A stretch of 64,000 nucleotides of DNA. It comes from Emiliania huxleyi CCMP1516 (taxonomy: Eukaryota). Below the pieces are notes generated by a model that was given only the letters and a program-made list of their open reading frames with translations, searched no databases and had not been told where the DNA came from. Below are positions 10,922 to 21,486 of this stretch, one piece after another. Where the stretch lies: NCBI RefSeq assembly GCF_000372725.1, contig NW_005202427.1, positions 620,001 through 684,000 on the forward strand. The letters are read 5' to 3'. The first letter of the stretch is position 1, and each line of letters begins with the position of its first letter. A program made the position numbers and the translations under genes.

Positions 10922-11449
10922 ATGGTACGACCCCGAGGTTGCATCGGTTCAGCTGTCGCGCTAACTCTCGCCGCGCTCTCGTCGACCAATGCGGCCGTCG
11001 GCGTCGTAAAGTCTTGCCCTGCTTGAGGGCTCGACGCGCTGCCGATGGTGAAAAAATTCCTCAAGTCGCCGGGCGGCGTGGAGCTCTATCCATCCGTGAA
11101 CATCGAGTGGATCAAGGGCCATGACCCGACTCTCTACGTGACAGGTGACGGCCCAGCGGAAGAGATCGGACTCGGCAAGTTCAACTACACACAGCTACAC
11201 GAACTCTTCGCCCGCAAGTTTGGGCGCGTGGCCTTGCGAGATGAAGCGGCCGGCTCAACCTGGAAAAGGCCGGCTGCGGACGATGCAGGGTCGCCTGCCG
11301 GAGCAGGCAGCAGGAGACTCCTCTTCATGCTGACGGGCGGAGCGATCGTCACAGCGCTCTACGCTGCAGCCGCGCGGCGCTCTCGCGCCCGCGGCGGCTG
11401 GGACGCAGCGAACGACGAAGACGAGCTGAAGCAACGGCTCACGGCATGA
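10922..11449 (+). CDS. SELENOM: Selenoprotein M-like (Sep15/SelM family) with in-frame UGA at 11024-11026
   Basis: Signal-like N-terminus, then KSCPA-UGA-GLDALPMVKKFL...YPSVNIEWIKGHDPTL in one frame. The CxxU motif and downstream residues match SelM. Confidence 0.85.
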
Positions 11450-11767
11450 GCCGGTCGCGTCACTCGTGCGCGCTCTCTGTCTTCTTCTGCGCGTTTGCGT
11501 CGTTGACGATTGTGTGCGTGCAGTATTTGAGCGCTGAGCCGGTCCGTCGGTTCGCGTCTCCGCGCAAGTCTCCGCGCGCGCGACACTGCGGCCGCACGTG
11601 CGCACACGCGCACGCACGGACACACACAGGCGCGTGGCCGGGTGGGCCAGTGGCCCGTGCGCTCGTGTCGACACGCCGCCGCCGGGCGTCAGGCGTGTGC
11701 GGCTGCGCGCTCGGTGACCGCGTGTGTCATTTCAAGGAAAAAGCCCGTATGCCTGACCGCCACGACG

Positions 11768-13460
11768 TCACCCTCCCGCAGAGCTCAGGTTGCCGCTGCG
11801 AACGATGCGGCGCGTCACGCCGTCCGGCGGCGGCGCGGTGCCCGACGTCATCCTGCGCAGCAAGAGCTCCGCGGCCGGCCTCTGCCCCGCCCGCAGCAGC
11901 GCGCCAAGCGCCGCGTTGTAGCAAGCCGTGTCCACGTCCGCCGCGCCTGCCGAGGCGAGCAGCCGCGCCGCCTCCCTCCACTGGCCCGCGCGGCCGTACG
12001 CCGCGATCGCCGAGCAGCGCGCCTTCGCGTCGAGGCGAGGGGCGGACCTGCCCGGCCCGCCCTGCCCGCGCAGCTCGGCGAGGAGATCGCTCGTCATCTC
12101 GGCGTCGCCGACGCGGGCGCACGCGGCGAGGGCGGCCGAGAGGGCGGGCTGGTCCAGAGCGAACGGGCTCCCCCCTCCCTCCCGCCCCCCCTCCCGCCCT
12201 CCCCCCTCCCCGTCCGCCCGCCCGCCCGCCGCTGCGCCGCCCCCTTGCGCTCGCAGCGAGCGGAGGAGGGCGAGGCCGCGCTCGGGCGTCCCCGCCCGCG
12301 TGCAGGCGGCGATGGCTGCGCCGACGTGCCTTGCGCTCGGCTCGACGCCCAAGCCGGGCAGCGAGCCCACCAGCGACACCGCCTCGCTCGCCGCGCCGGC
12401 GGCGGCGCAAACCTCGAGCACGACAGAGGCGCAGTGATGATGATGATGATAATAATAATAATAGTAATAATGATGATAATAGCAAACCTCGAGCACGACA
12501 GAGGCGCAGTGATGATGATAATAATAATAATAATAGTAATAATGATGATAATAGCAAACCTCGAGCACGGCAGAGGCGCAGTGATGATGATGATGATCAT
12601 AATCATAATAGTAATAATGATGATAATAGCAAACCTCGAGCACGGCAGAGGCGCAGTGCGCGTCGGGGCGCGGCCGCGCGAGGGGTGTGGGAGGGCGGCC
12701 TCCTCGCGGCTGGCGGCGACGGCCCGACGACCCGCCCCCCGCCTCCCCGGCCCCGCCTCTGCCCGCCCCGCCTCTGCCCGCCTCGCCTCTGCCCGCCTCG
12801 CCTCTGCCCGCCTCGCCTCTGCCCGCCTCGCCTCTGCCCGCCCCGCCTCTGCCCGCCTCGCCTCTGCCTGCCGCCCCGCCCGCCGCCAGCTCGCTAAAGA
12901 GAGCGATCGCCTGCGGGGTCCGAGGCAGGCGCGTCGGAGAGGGTCGGAGAGGGTCGGAGAGGGCCGGGGAGGGCCGGGGAGGGTCCGGGAGGGTCGGAGA
13001 GGGTCGGAGAGGGCCGGGGAGGGCCGGGGAGGGTCCGGGAGGGTCGGAGAGGGTCGGAGAGGGTCGGAGAGGGCCGGGGAGGGTCCGAGACAGCGTCAGC
13101 GCGGCGCGGCCTCTCCTCTCGCCGCGACGCGGTGGGAGAGGCGAGGAGGAGGAGGAGGAAGAGGAGGGGGCAGGAGGAAGGAGAGGAGGCGAGGGGAGGA
13201 GGAGGAGGAGGGGGCAAGGGGCAGCGAGGGCGAGGGCAAGAGTTTCAAGGAGAGTGTGATGTCTCGCCTCGTCCACACGCCCGTCTTTGCGGTGCGCGCA
13301 GATGGCGGCGCAGTAAGCGTGCGCCTAACAAGGACGCGCACTCGGGCGTATCATGAGTCCGGCTCGGTCATAGCCAAGGCGCGGCAGGCGCGCGCCGACG
13401 GCGGCATCCCTCGCTCCGCCATCTCGCGCAACAAGCCCACCGCCTCGCCCGTCTCGCCTG
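11768..13460 (-). CDS. Pentatricopeptide repeat (PPR) protein, multi-exon; 5' end lost at the assembly gap
   Basis: Motifs AAIAACTRAGTPERGLALL, SAALAACARVGDAE, SAIAAYGRAGQWREA, YNAALGALLRAGQ, VGLLREMAERGMPPS. Confidence 0.8.
12406..12658. repeat. ~75-bp tandem repeat (about 3.3 units) containing (GAT/AAT)n
   Basis: GCAAACCTCGAGCACG(A/G)CAGAGGCGCAGTG recurs four times, separated by ATG/ATA microsatellite. Confidence 0.9.
12750..13090. repeat. Minisatellites: 15-bp CGCCTCTGCCCGCCT and 10-bp GGGTCGGAGA/GGGCCGGGGA
   Basis: Directly visible tandem arrays inside the PPR gene, probably intronic. Confidence 0.9.
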
Positions 13461-13515
13461 TCATCTCGGGTCATCTCGGGTCATCTCGGGTGATCTCGCG
13501 CAGCACGCCCCCCCC

Positions 13516-13615
13516 NNNNNNNNNNNNNNNNNNNNNNNNNNNNNNNNNNNNNNNNNNNNNNNNNNNNNNNNNNNNNNNNNNNNNNNNNNNNNNNNNNNNN
13601 NNNNNNNNNNNNNNN
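13516..13615. other. Assembly gap (100 N)
   Basis: Run of N. Confidence 1.
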
Positions 13616-13937
13616 GTACCGGAACGGTCGTGGCGCGTCGCCGCGGTAGTGGGCGTCGCAAAAGGTGACTCAACCGGGACGCTGGCGGCCGGGACGTGCT
13701 CGCGGCACTGCGCCGCGAGAAGGTCGTAGCCGTCACGCACGTAGTCCATGCAGCAAGAAGAAGGAGTCCATCTTCTTGTTTCCCATATGGTTTTTAGGCC
13801 CGGTCACTATCAGTGTTGTGCGCTGCTCCATTACATTGCTTTTGTGACTCATCGAGGGCTGCCGGGAATTGCCGCCGGGGGGGGGGGGGGGGGGGCTGTG
13901 ACGTCACGCGTGCGTGACGTTTCCAATACTGGTCCGA

Positions 13938-14945
13938 ATGGCCAGGGCCCGTGCCCTCTGCGGCCTGCTGCTCGCCGCGAGCGCGGTCTCCCGTCCGGCG
14001 CAGCCGATGCTCACCTACGTGACGCTGTGGAAGGACCAGATGAAGCCTTGGGGGCTCGACCCTGACGCGAATCCCGACGCGCTCAGCGCGTGGCTCGTAT
14101 CAGCTGGATCCAAAGTCAGTCTTGAACCTGTTAAAACGTGTGTGTAAGACTCGCGCCCATTGTGTGTGTAAGCATTGTGGAATTCACACCTCCGCCGACC
14201 AGAGTAGTTAGAACCCGGCGGCCAAAAAGAATTTTACAACAACTCCCTCGCACAACACTGGGCACAGGACTGGGCCAAAAAGAAGAAAAAAAAGAATTTT
14301 ACAAGGCACAAGGCAGCGCGCGGGAGCGGAGGCCATCCCCGCCGGGAGGAGCACACACACACTTCAGTCTTCACCCTGTGAGTGTGCTCTGTGTGGCGTC
14401 TCTTGCGGCTTGCGCGGCGCGGGCGGCACTGCGGCGAAGGATACTCAACGAAAATAAAGGCCCGTGGCGCGGGCGTGAGTCACGTGATGATCTCGGCGAG
14501 CTGGGCGGACGTCGAACCGAAGGAGGGCGCGTTCGACCTCGCGCCGCTGCGGCGGCTGATCGGCAAGATCGGCCAGAAGGGTCTGCTGTCGATGGTGGTG
14601 CTCGACGCGTTTCGCTCGGTGTCCACTTCCCTTGGCGAGATGGCGAGGTCTCCCCAGCAGCGGCAGCCTGTGCTTTCTCTGCCTTCTTCTTTGCCGCCTT
14701 TGCAATGGTCCCTGCTCGGACCCTGCACTGCCCTATCCCGCGCTCTGCCGCTCTGCCGCAGAGCCAGTCGGGGGGCGCAGGAGACGCGCGCGTGGCCTCT
14801 TTCCCGCGCTGGATCGCCAATCAGCAGCCCGAGGCGCTTGTCGTCGTGCCGTTCGCGAGGCGGAAGGTGGTGTTTGCGCACGTGATATTGGGAAGGCCCG
14901 GAGGGACGACCACGTGCATGGGCTGGGCGGGCTCGCTGCCTTAAC
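13938..14945 (+). pseudogene. 5' part of a secreted TIM-barrel glycoside hydrolase (GH42/GH35/GH14-like), truncated
   Basis: Signal peptide MARARALCGLLLAASAVS; exon peptides SWADVEPKEGAFDLAPLRRLI...GLLSMVVLD and FPRWIANQQPEAL; no downstream continuation. Confidence 0.55.
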
Positions 14946-15190
14946 AATGGTATTGTTGGTGAGGATGACGTCCCTCCAGCCGAGGTCACCCTCGAGCCAT
15001 TCCTGCTCATTGTACACATGGAGTCTATGCGCGCGCTCGACCAGATTGCCGTGGTAGGCGAGTCCGATCGCCTTGAGAAGACCCACATCCTCGAGAAGCC
15101 GTCATGGAATGATTGTTGCGCACGACGCTCGACGGCCCCCGCCGACGAGCGCCGTTCGAACTTCGCCAGATTCAAATCGTACTCGTACCC
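14935..15190 (-). pseudogene. Frameshifted fragment of a right-handed beta-helix protein (GH110-like)
   Basis: Across frameshifts it reads VVRNN.FHDGFSRM/GLLKAIGLAYHGNLVE...EQEWLEGDLGWRDVILTNNTI. Confidence 0.45.
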
Positions 15191-15336
15191 TTGTCCTTGT
15201 CCTTTCTCTTGCTCTTGCCCTTGCTCTTGCCCTTGCCCATGCCGCTCGGCCTGTTTCTCCTCCGCGTTGGCCGGCCGGGGCCGGGGCCGGGGCCGGGGCT
15301 GGGCCGCTTGGGCTGGGGCTGGAGCTTGCGCGCAGC

Positions 15337-15476
15337 ACGAGTGCGCTGAAGGGAGGGGGGGGAGGGATGGCCAGAGGGGGTGGCCAGAGGGGATGGCCAG
15401 AGAGGATGGCCAGAGGGGTGGACTGTCGCGCCACACAGAGTCGGGTCATTAGAGGTTAGCGGAGTGCCTGAGTCCA
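15337..15476. repeat. Dispersed repeat with GGATGGCCAGAGG units; inverted copy at ~44727-44940
   Basis: CACGAGTGCGCTGAAGGGAGGGG and AGCGGAGTGCCTGAGTCCA both occur as reverse complements at 44727-44940. Confidence 0.8.
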
Positions 15477-16750
15477 TCTCTCGGGGTGTACCTTACTGGG
15501 TGTAATACTGACTGTTCTGCTTTGCTATCGCTCCCACTTTTTAAAAAGCCCCAAGAGGATCATGTTTAATCATTACGCTGTTAGTATGCACGTCTCGTCC
15601 CCTAACACCTGTGAGCGCCGCGGCGCGCCGCAGAGAAGTACACGCTTTCCAGCATGTCCCCAAGACACGAGAAAGGCAGAGGCAAATCCCATTCCATCTC
15701 TGTTTCAAGGGTTGTAGGGAGCGATGGCTTTTGACAGCCGTGGGCGTGAGCGGGCCCAGAGAGGGGTGGTGGGGCAGGCAGGGTGACGCGGCGATGCATG
15801 TGGAGACGCGATGCGTGCAGCCAAAGTAAGAGGAAGGACTCGTGGTCGCGTTCTGCGCGTTGCACATCATACTGTGCATGGTTGTCGTCGTTGCTGCTGT
15901 CGCTCTACCCTATCGTTCGTGTCCGGGCAATTCACCACTCATTCTGTCCAGGCTCCGGGGAGGGTTCCAGCGGCGAGGAAGCGCAGGCATCGCCAGGGTA
16001 GCCGAAACCAGCCTCAAAACAAGCCAGTTGGCAGACGCTGCCGGCAGTCCACAGGTCGCTCTTGCTGCAGTAGGTCTCGATGCCGTACCCCCACGAGCAA
16101 TCCAGTCCTTTCTTTGTCATCCAGGCACTTCGGTGGCACAGCTAGCTTCGGGTAGGCGGCTCAGCGCGAAGTGTCCCTGGGCGCTCCTACCAGACTTCGA
16201 GTACCAGGCAGAGGGAATCGCGCCCCCGGTGTCCCCGTGCTCAAGCGCTTTTTGGAGAGCTCTCATCTTTGGACTGAGGACGGGGAGTTGCCGGTCTTTT
16301 ATGCTGCTCATGACGTCCTCGTGCGCCTGCGGCCTGGCTGAATGTCTCAGAGGCTGCCGGCACCGCCTGCGGATATGCTTGTGTTGGTTGATTTTCGTTG
16401 ACTGGTTAGTGGGTTTTGTGGGTCGTTTGAGGTTTGTGGCTCACTGGCTCCGTTCTCGGCGTCCTTTATACTTACGCCATGGCACGGAGCCTGCGCAGGG
16501 GTGTTGGGCCTCTCTCTCTCTTTGGAGTACCGAGCGGGGGAGGGTGAGGGACGAAGGAATCGGGGCTCCGTTCTTATTAAACTTGTTTTTTTGGGAAACC
16601 TCTCCTCGAACGCAGAGGCAAACCGGCCCAGAGAAAGAAGAATCTTAAAATACAAGCCTCTCTCACAGCACACTGGCACGACAAGGGCGCAGACTGGCGT
16701 ACGCGGACTGGCAGAGAAAGAAGAAACTCGCGGGAATAGCATCACTCAAA

Positions 16751-18880
16751 ATGCTGGATCAAGCCCCGCGGCCGCTGGCAGACAGGGCGGTCCACCAGGC
16801 GACAGAGGAGGTGAAGGCGACGGCGGCAAAGGCGGCGCCGAGGGAGGCGGTGGTGGAGCGCTGCTCGCGCGGCGGCTCGGTGGCGGCGTCGCGCTCCTCG
16901 CTCGGCTCGACTGCAGTCCTCACGCGGTGGTACTTGAAGTACCTGGGGAAGAGCGGCGCCGGCGAAGCGCTTGTCGGTGTCGAGGGCTGGCGCGCGGACC
17001 AGCCGGGCGACACCGCAGTGGACGGCAAGCCGTGGCACTCGTCTGCGATCCGGCTGCGTGTCGACGCTCGGACGCTGCGCACCGCGAGCGGATCGACCTA
17101 CGTCCTGAGCGGTCCGATGTGGACGGAGCCGTGCCTCGCGGCCGGCTTTTCGCCACAGATGGTGGACGCCTTCTCCGACGGCTTCCCTGCCTGCTGGCAG
17201 TCCGCCTACACACTGCCGGGCGAGGACGGGTCGGCTGCAGCCGCGCCGGCGCCCGTGCCACCGCAGCCTCCGCCTCGCACACCAGCGGATGCGCGTTCGG
17301 CGGCCGTGGCTGCGGCGGCGAGAGGGGAGGCGGCGCAGGCGGCGGGACGTGCCGAGGTACCGGAGGCGGCGGCGCCGTCCGGGAAGCTGGAGGAGGAGCG
17401 ACGGCGGGCGGCCGACGCGGCGGCGGCAGAGACGAGGGCGGCAGAGGCGGGCTCTGAGCCGGCGGACGAGCGGGCGCCGGAGCCGGCGGCAGTGGAGGTG
17501 GTGGCGGCGGCGGAGGGAGGCGGTGACGGAGAGGGGGGCGAAGCCGGGGCGGCAGAGGTGGCAGGGGCGGAGGTTGCGCAGGCGTCCTCCCAAGCTAAGG
17601 CGCAGGCAGGGAGGGCGCGGCCGCAGGCGGCGAGGGAGCGCCCTGCACGCAAGCGAGTCGGCGTCAGCCGCTTCTGCCCCGGCCCCACGGCGTCGCCCGC
17701 CCCGCCACCCAAGCGGAGGCGGGCAGCGCAGGCAGCGCAGGCAGCGCAGGCAGCGCAGGCAGCGCAGGCAGCGCAGGCAGCGTCTCCAGAGGCGGAGCTG
17801 TCACCGGCACCGGCGCCGCCCCGTGCTGCAGCAAGGTGCCGCAGCGGCGCCTCCCCCCCCCCACCTTTCCCACCTCCACCCTCACGCCCACCCTCACGCC
17901 CCCGCCCTCCCGCCATCGCACCCTCTCCCCGCCGGCCCGCCCGTCGCAGGAAGAGCTTCGCCGTCGGCTGCCTCGTGCGCGTGCTGCGCGAGCAGCAGCG
18001 CGGGCAGGTGGCCGAGGTGGCCGAGGTGGCGCACGGGTGGGTCAAGCTGCGGCTCGGGGGGCAGCTCCTCTCCTTCCGCCCGCGGGAGCTCGAGGCCTCG
18101 AGCGGCGGCACGGAGATGGGCGCCGGAGGGCGCTGCGGCGAGGCGGCGGCGCCTGCTGGCTGGAACGGGTCCGAGGCGAGGGCCGGGGCGAGGGCCGGGC
18201 GGGGAGGTGGACACTTCCAGGACCCGTCCTTGACCTGCCCGAGACATGTCCCGCAGGCGTGGTCGGGCGGGGAGCTGCAGCAGCTGCGCGAGGCCCACTT
18301 CGAGATCTCCCCCGAGGCGGTCGACTTTTGGGAACAAGTCGCGCGCCGCGTCGGCCGGAGCGTGCAAGAGTGCACCGCCGAGTTCTACCGGCAGCACCCG
18401 ACGCCAGGGCGGCAGAGGCGGAGGCGCTCCTCGCCCGCGCCAGGGGTGCCGCCGCCGCCGAGCGGGCTCCACCCCGACTTGCTGCAAGCCTCGCCGTGGC
18501 GCAGCGGCGCGTCCGCCGCCGACGAGGGCGAGGAGAGCGACGGCGGCGAGGGAGGCGTGTTGCGGTCCATCAGCGCGACGAGCCGCTCCCAGGCGCCTCG
18601 CCGCTCCCGCCCCACCCCGCCGCCCCACCCGCCCCCTCACCGCCCCGGCTCGCCCCAGATCGGAGACTACGCCCAGAAGGTCAAGGCCAAGCAGCTCAAA
18701 GGCCGGGCGACAGCCGCTTTCCGGGCCGGCCGCGCGCCAGCCAAGCGGCGCCGATCGGCGGCGGCGGCGGCGGAGGGAGCTGCCCCCGTGGCGTGTGCGC
18801 CGCAGCGCACAGACGGGGACGACGAGGACGACGAGGACGACGAAGACGACGAGGACGAGGACGTCTATTTCGACGAGTAG
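16751..18880 (+). CDS. KNL2: KNL2/Mis18BP1-like protein: SANTA domain, KOW/SH3-like motif, SANT/Myb domain, acidic tail
   Basis: SANTA consensus (VEGW...WHSSAIRLR...LRTASGSTYVLSG...GFSPQMVDAFSDGFPACW) plus SANT (WSGGELQQL...FWEQVARRVGRSVQEC). Short in-frame introns are likely. Confidence 0.8.
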   Translation: MLDQAPRPLADRAVHQATEEVKATAAKAAPREAVVERCSRGGSVAASRSSLGSTAVLTRWYLKYLGKSGAGEALVGVEGWRADQPGDTAVDGKPWHSSAIRLRVDARTLRTASGSTYVLSGPMWTEPCLAAGFSPQMVDAFSDGFPACWQSAYTLPGEDGSAAAAPAPVPPQPPPRTPADARSAAVAAAARGEAAQAAGRAEVPEAAAPSGKLEEERRRAADAAAAETRAAEAGSEPADERAPEPAAVEVVAAAEGGGDGEGGEAGAAEVAGAEVAQASSQAKAQAGRARPQAARERPARKRVGVSRFCPGPTASPAPPPKRRRAAQAAQAAQAAQAAQAAQAASPEAELSPAPAPPRAAARCRSGASPPPPFPPPPSRPPSRPRPPAIAPSPRRPARRRKSFAVGCLVRVLREQQRGQVAEVAEVAHGWVKLRLGGQLLSFRPRELEASSGGTEMGAGGRCGEAAAPAGWNGSEARAGARAGRGGGHFQDPSLTCPRHVPQAWSGGELQQLREAHFEISPEAVDFWEQVARRVGRSVQECTAEFYRQHPTPGRQRRRRSSPAPGVPPPPSGLHPDLLQASPWRSGASAADEGEESDGGEGGVLRSISATSRSQAPRRSRPTPPPHPPPHRPGSPQIGDYAQKVKAKQLKGRATAAFRAGRAPAKRRRSAAAAAEGAAPVACAPQRTDGDDEDDEDDEDDEDEDVYFDE

Positions 18881-19528
18881 GCTGGCGCGGAGTGTAGTAC
18901 GCGACGCCGCCTCGGCGCAACGGCAACCACACACATGATCGCCCCTGCGGACCGCGACCGCGAAGCGATGGCGTCTCAGGAGGGGTCTAGCCGCCCGCGA
19001 GAACGCAGATCGAGGGGAACCGCGCACGCTAGAGAAAATATTTCTCGAAAATGTCCAGCGCACACTGCACACATATCACAAGATCGCTTTCGACGTTTCG
19101 ACTTTCGTTCGGCGTTCGCGCCGGCCCGGCGGCCGGCGCGCCGTGCACGCGTCGCCGAGTCGCCGTCGCCCCGCCCGCGTGCGCGGACTTCAAGGGAAGG
19201 GGGGGGGGGGGGGGGGGGGGGGGGCTCCTTATCACCCATCTCCACCTGTGAGGTGTTCGTATCTGTTGCTATTTGTTCACACGCATGTCGCGACCCCCAC
19301 ACAAGAGAGACACGGCACAGGCATCCTTGCCAGACTCGTGTCTCGAGACTGCACAAACGGCAGACACCATAACATTGAATTAAAGGGGAGAGGGGCGTTA
19401 ATGGCCCGTCCATCATGCGCACGTTACGTGAACCTGGTCTGACCCGCCTGCGGCGCCCGTACGAGGGCCAATAGAGCTAAGAGCGGAGGTGAAGGTCTCC
19501 TCCGAGGGATACAGGCCCGCCTGTACGT

Positions 19529-20962
19529 CTAAGCCTCCGGAGCCGTCTTTTTGGAGCCAAAGCATCCGCATGCACCGCCGCCGCCGCCGCCGCCGCCACC
19601 GCTCTCGCCGTTTGTGGCCTTTTGCGCCTTTGCCGGCTTGACCTTCTTCTCTTTGGGCGCCTTTGCGCCCTTGACCTTCTTCTTCTTCTTCTTCTTCTTC
19701 ATCGCCTTCTCAAGCTCCATCAGCAGGGCGTCCCTATCGCTAACCGTCGGCTCCTCGCCCTCCGCAGGCTCCCCATCCTCCTTGACCTCCTCTGGCTCCT
19801 TGGCCGCCGCCTTGAGCCTCTCAAGGTCGAACTCCTTCAGCGCCTCCGCCGCCTTGAACCAGTCCCAGCCCTTTTCGTCCACCAGCGGCTTGAGCGCAAC
19901 GATCGCGAGCGGCTTGTCCAGCTTCTCGAGGTACGCAGCCGGGTCGTCCGCCGCAGCCTCGACCTCGCTGGCGCTGTCGAGAAACGCGGAGGCCGCAACG
20001 ACGTTTTTCCACTCGAAGCCCTTCTCCTCCGCCGTCGGCCGGACCTTGTCGGCGACCTTGCTGATCGCCATCTTGCACGCGATCGGCGTGAAGCTCTCGG
20101 CGAACTTGAGCAAGAAGGCCCCAAAGTCCGCCTTGGCCTCGGTCACCTCCTCTGCGCTCTCCATCTCCGGCGCCATCAGCAAGATGTCCTCCCACTCCAG
20201 GCCGCACTTCTCGACGTCCGCCTCGACGTCTGGCTTGATCTTGTGCAACTCCATCTTGACGGCGATGAAGGTGTAGTCCGCCGCGAGACCGTCCACGAAC
20301 TTGCCAAAGTCGGTGATGGCGTCCTTGAAGGTGGACAAAAATTCCTTGGACTGCGAGACCAGCTGCTTCGCCGCCTCAGCCTGCTGCTTGGCGATCTCTG
20401 GGTCCTTGTCTGGGTTTTGCGGCATCTCGATCCGCGGAGGGTGGAACTTGCCGCCTTCGCCGCACACGAGCTGCATCGCCGCGCGCAGGTCCTTCCAGGT
20501 GAGGCCCTTCTCGATGATCTTCGCCTCCAGGTCGCCCTTCTTCGCGTGCAGCGCCAGCTTGATCGCGATGGGCACCGAGACGGCAGAGAGATTGGTGATG
20601 AAGCCCTGAAAGTCCATCAGCGCCGCCTTGATCTCATCCGGGTTCTGGAGCGTGTTGGAGACCAGCCGCACGCTGCTGATCACGTCGGTCCAATCAAGTC
20701 CCTTATTGTACACGATCGGCTCCAACTTCCGCTTGCCCGCGTGCAGCGCCAGCTTGATGCCCATGACTATGCTCTTGGGCACGAACGCCTTGATCGCGGC
20801 ATTCGGGTCGGAGGCGATGGCGGTGATCTTCTTCACCGTGTCCATCTCGTCGAGCAGCGGCTTGAAGTCCTCCCATTCCAGCCCCACCTTGGCAAGGATG
20901 GGCACCATCTTGGGCTGCAGCTTCTTGATAGCCGCCTGGATCAGCTTCTGTTCCAACGACAT
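19529..20962 (-). CDS. Uncharacterised helical repeat protein (six G[LFW]xW repeats) with Lys-rich/CGC C-terminus
   Basis: Strong codon bias and a long ORF; repeats GLEWED, GLDWTD, GLTWKD, GLEWED, GFEWKN, GWDWFK. Confidence 0.8.
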   Translation of the reverse strand: MSLEQKLIQAAIKKLQPKMVPILAKVGLEWEDFKPLLDEMDTVKKITAIASDPNAAIKAFVPKSIVMGIKLALHAGKRKLEPIVYNKGLDWTDVISSVRLVSNTLQNPDEIKAALMDFQGFITNLSAVSVPIAIKLALHAKKGDLEAKIIEKGLTWKDLRAAMQLVCGEGGKFHPPRIEMPQNPDKDPEIAKQQAEAAKQLVSQSKEFLSTFKDAITDFGKFVDGLAADYTFIAVKMELHKIKPDVEADVEKCGLEWEDILLMAPEMESAEEVTEAKADFGAFLLKFAESFTPIACKMAISKVADKVRPTAEEKGFEWKNVVAASAFLDSASEVEAAADDPAAYLEKLDKPLAIVALKPLVDEKGWDWFKAAEALKEFDLERLKAAAKEPEEVKEDGEPAEGEEPTVSDRDALLMELEKAMKKKKKKKKVKGAKAPKEKKVKPAKAQKATNGESGGGGGGGGGACGCFGSKKTAPEA

Positions 20963-21486
20963 GGCAGCGCGCTGGTCTGGCGGTGGATATGCTGTGCCTG
21001 AGGACAGAGAACGCTTGGGTGTGAGCGACCCGTGAGCGCAGGCTAGTGGCGAGTTGCGCATCTCCCCAGACGTGAGAGGCACACCAGCAGCGGAGGCTAG
21101 CGGTGCGCGCTCGGGGGCAAGGCCGCAAACCCGGTTGAGTTGTTGTAACGTCCGCAGAAGAAATCGATTTTCGTCCTGTTCCCGTTATGCCTGGCATAAC
21201 GGTCTGCAAGGCTGATAAAATTCTTCATTTATTTTCTCATTTTGTGTTTAGGTATGTTGTTGTCAACAGTCAGGGAGAGGGTCAGGCAAAATATCTTATC
21301 CTTTCGAAAATCGGTTGCAGAGACACCCCCCCCCCCCTCTCCCCCGCCTGTTTCCTTGATGGCGCTGTGAAAGGGAGGGTTTGTCATATAGGATCCCGGC
21401 GGCCGATCCCAACAATTCGTCTCCGTGCGTCCCTCCCCACCCCGACCGGCCACCGCTCTATTGCTGGTTGGCGCGCAACGCATGTG

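Noticed and set aside
11714..11757. Candidate SECIS (GTGAC...AA...TGAC) downstream of the SelM-like gene
   Set aside because: The helix is short and G-U rich and the AA spacing is off-consensus; not supportable without a covariance search.
11642..13729. 695-aa plus-strand ORF with poly-Met/Ile
   Set aside because: Antisense shadow of the PPR gene, translated through microsatellites and an N gap.
17635..17682. CENP-C-like motif in the KNL2-like protein (RPARKRVGVSRFCP)
   Set aside because: Lacks the P...YW/FW aromatic pair; too weak to call.
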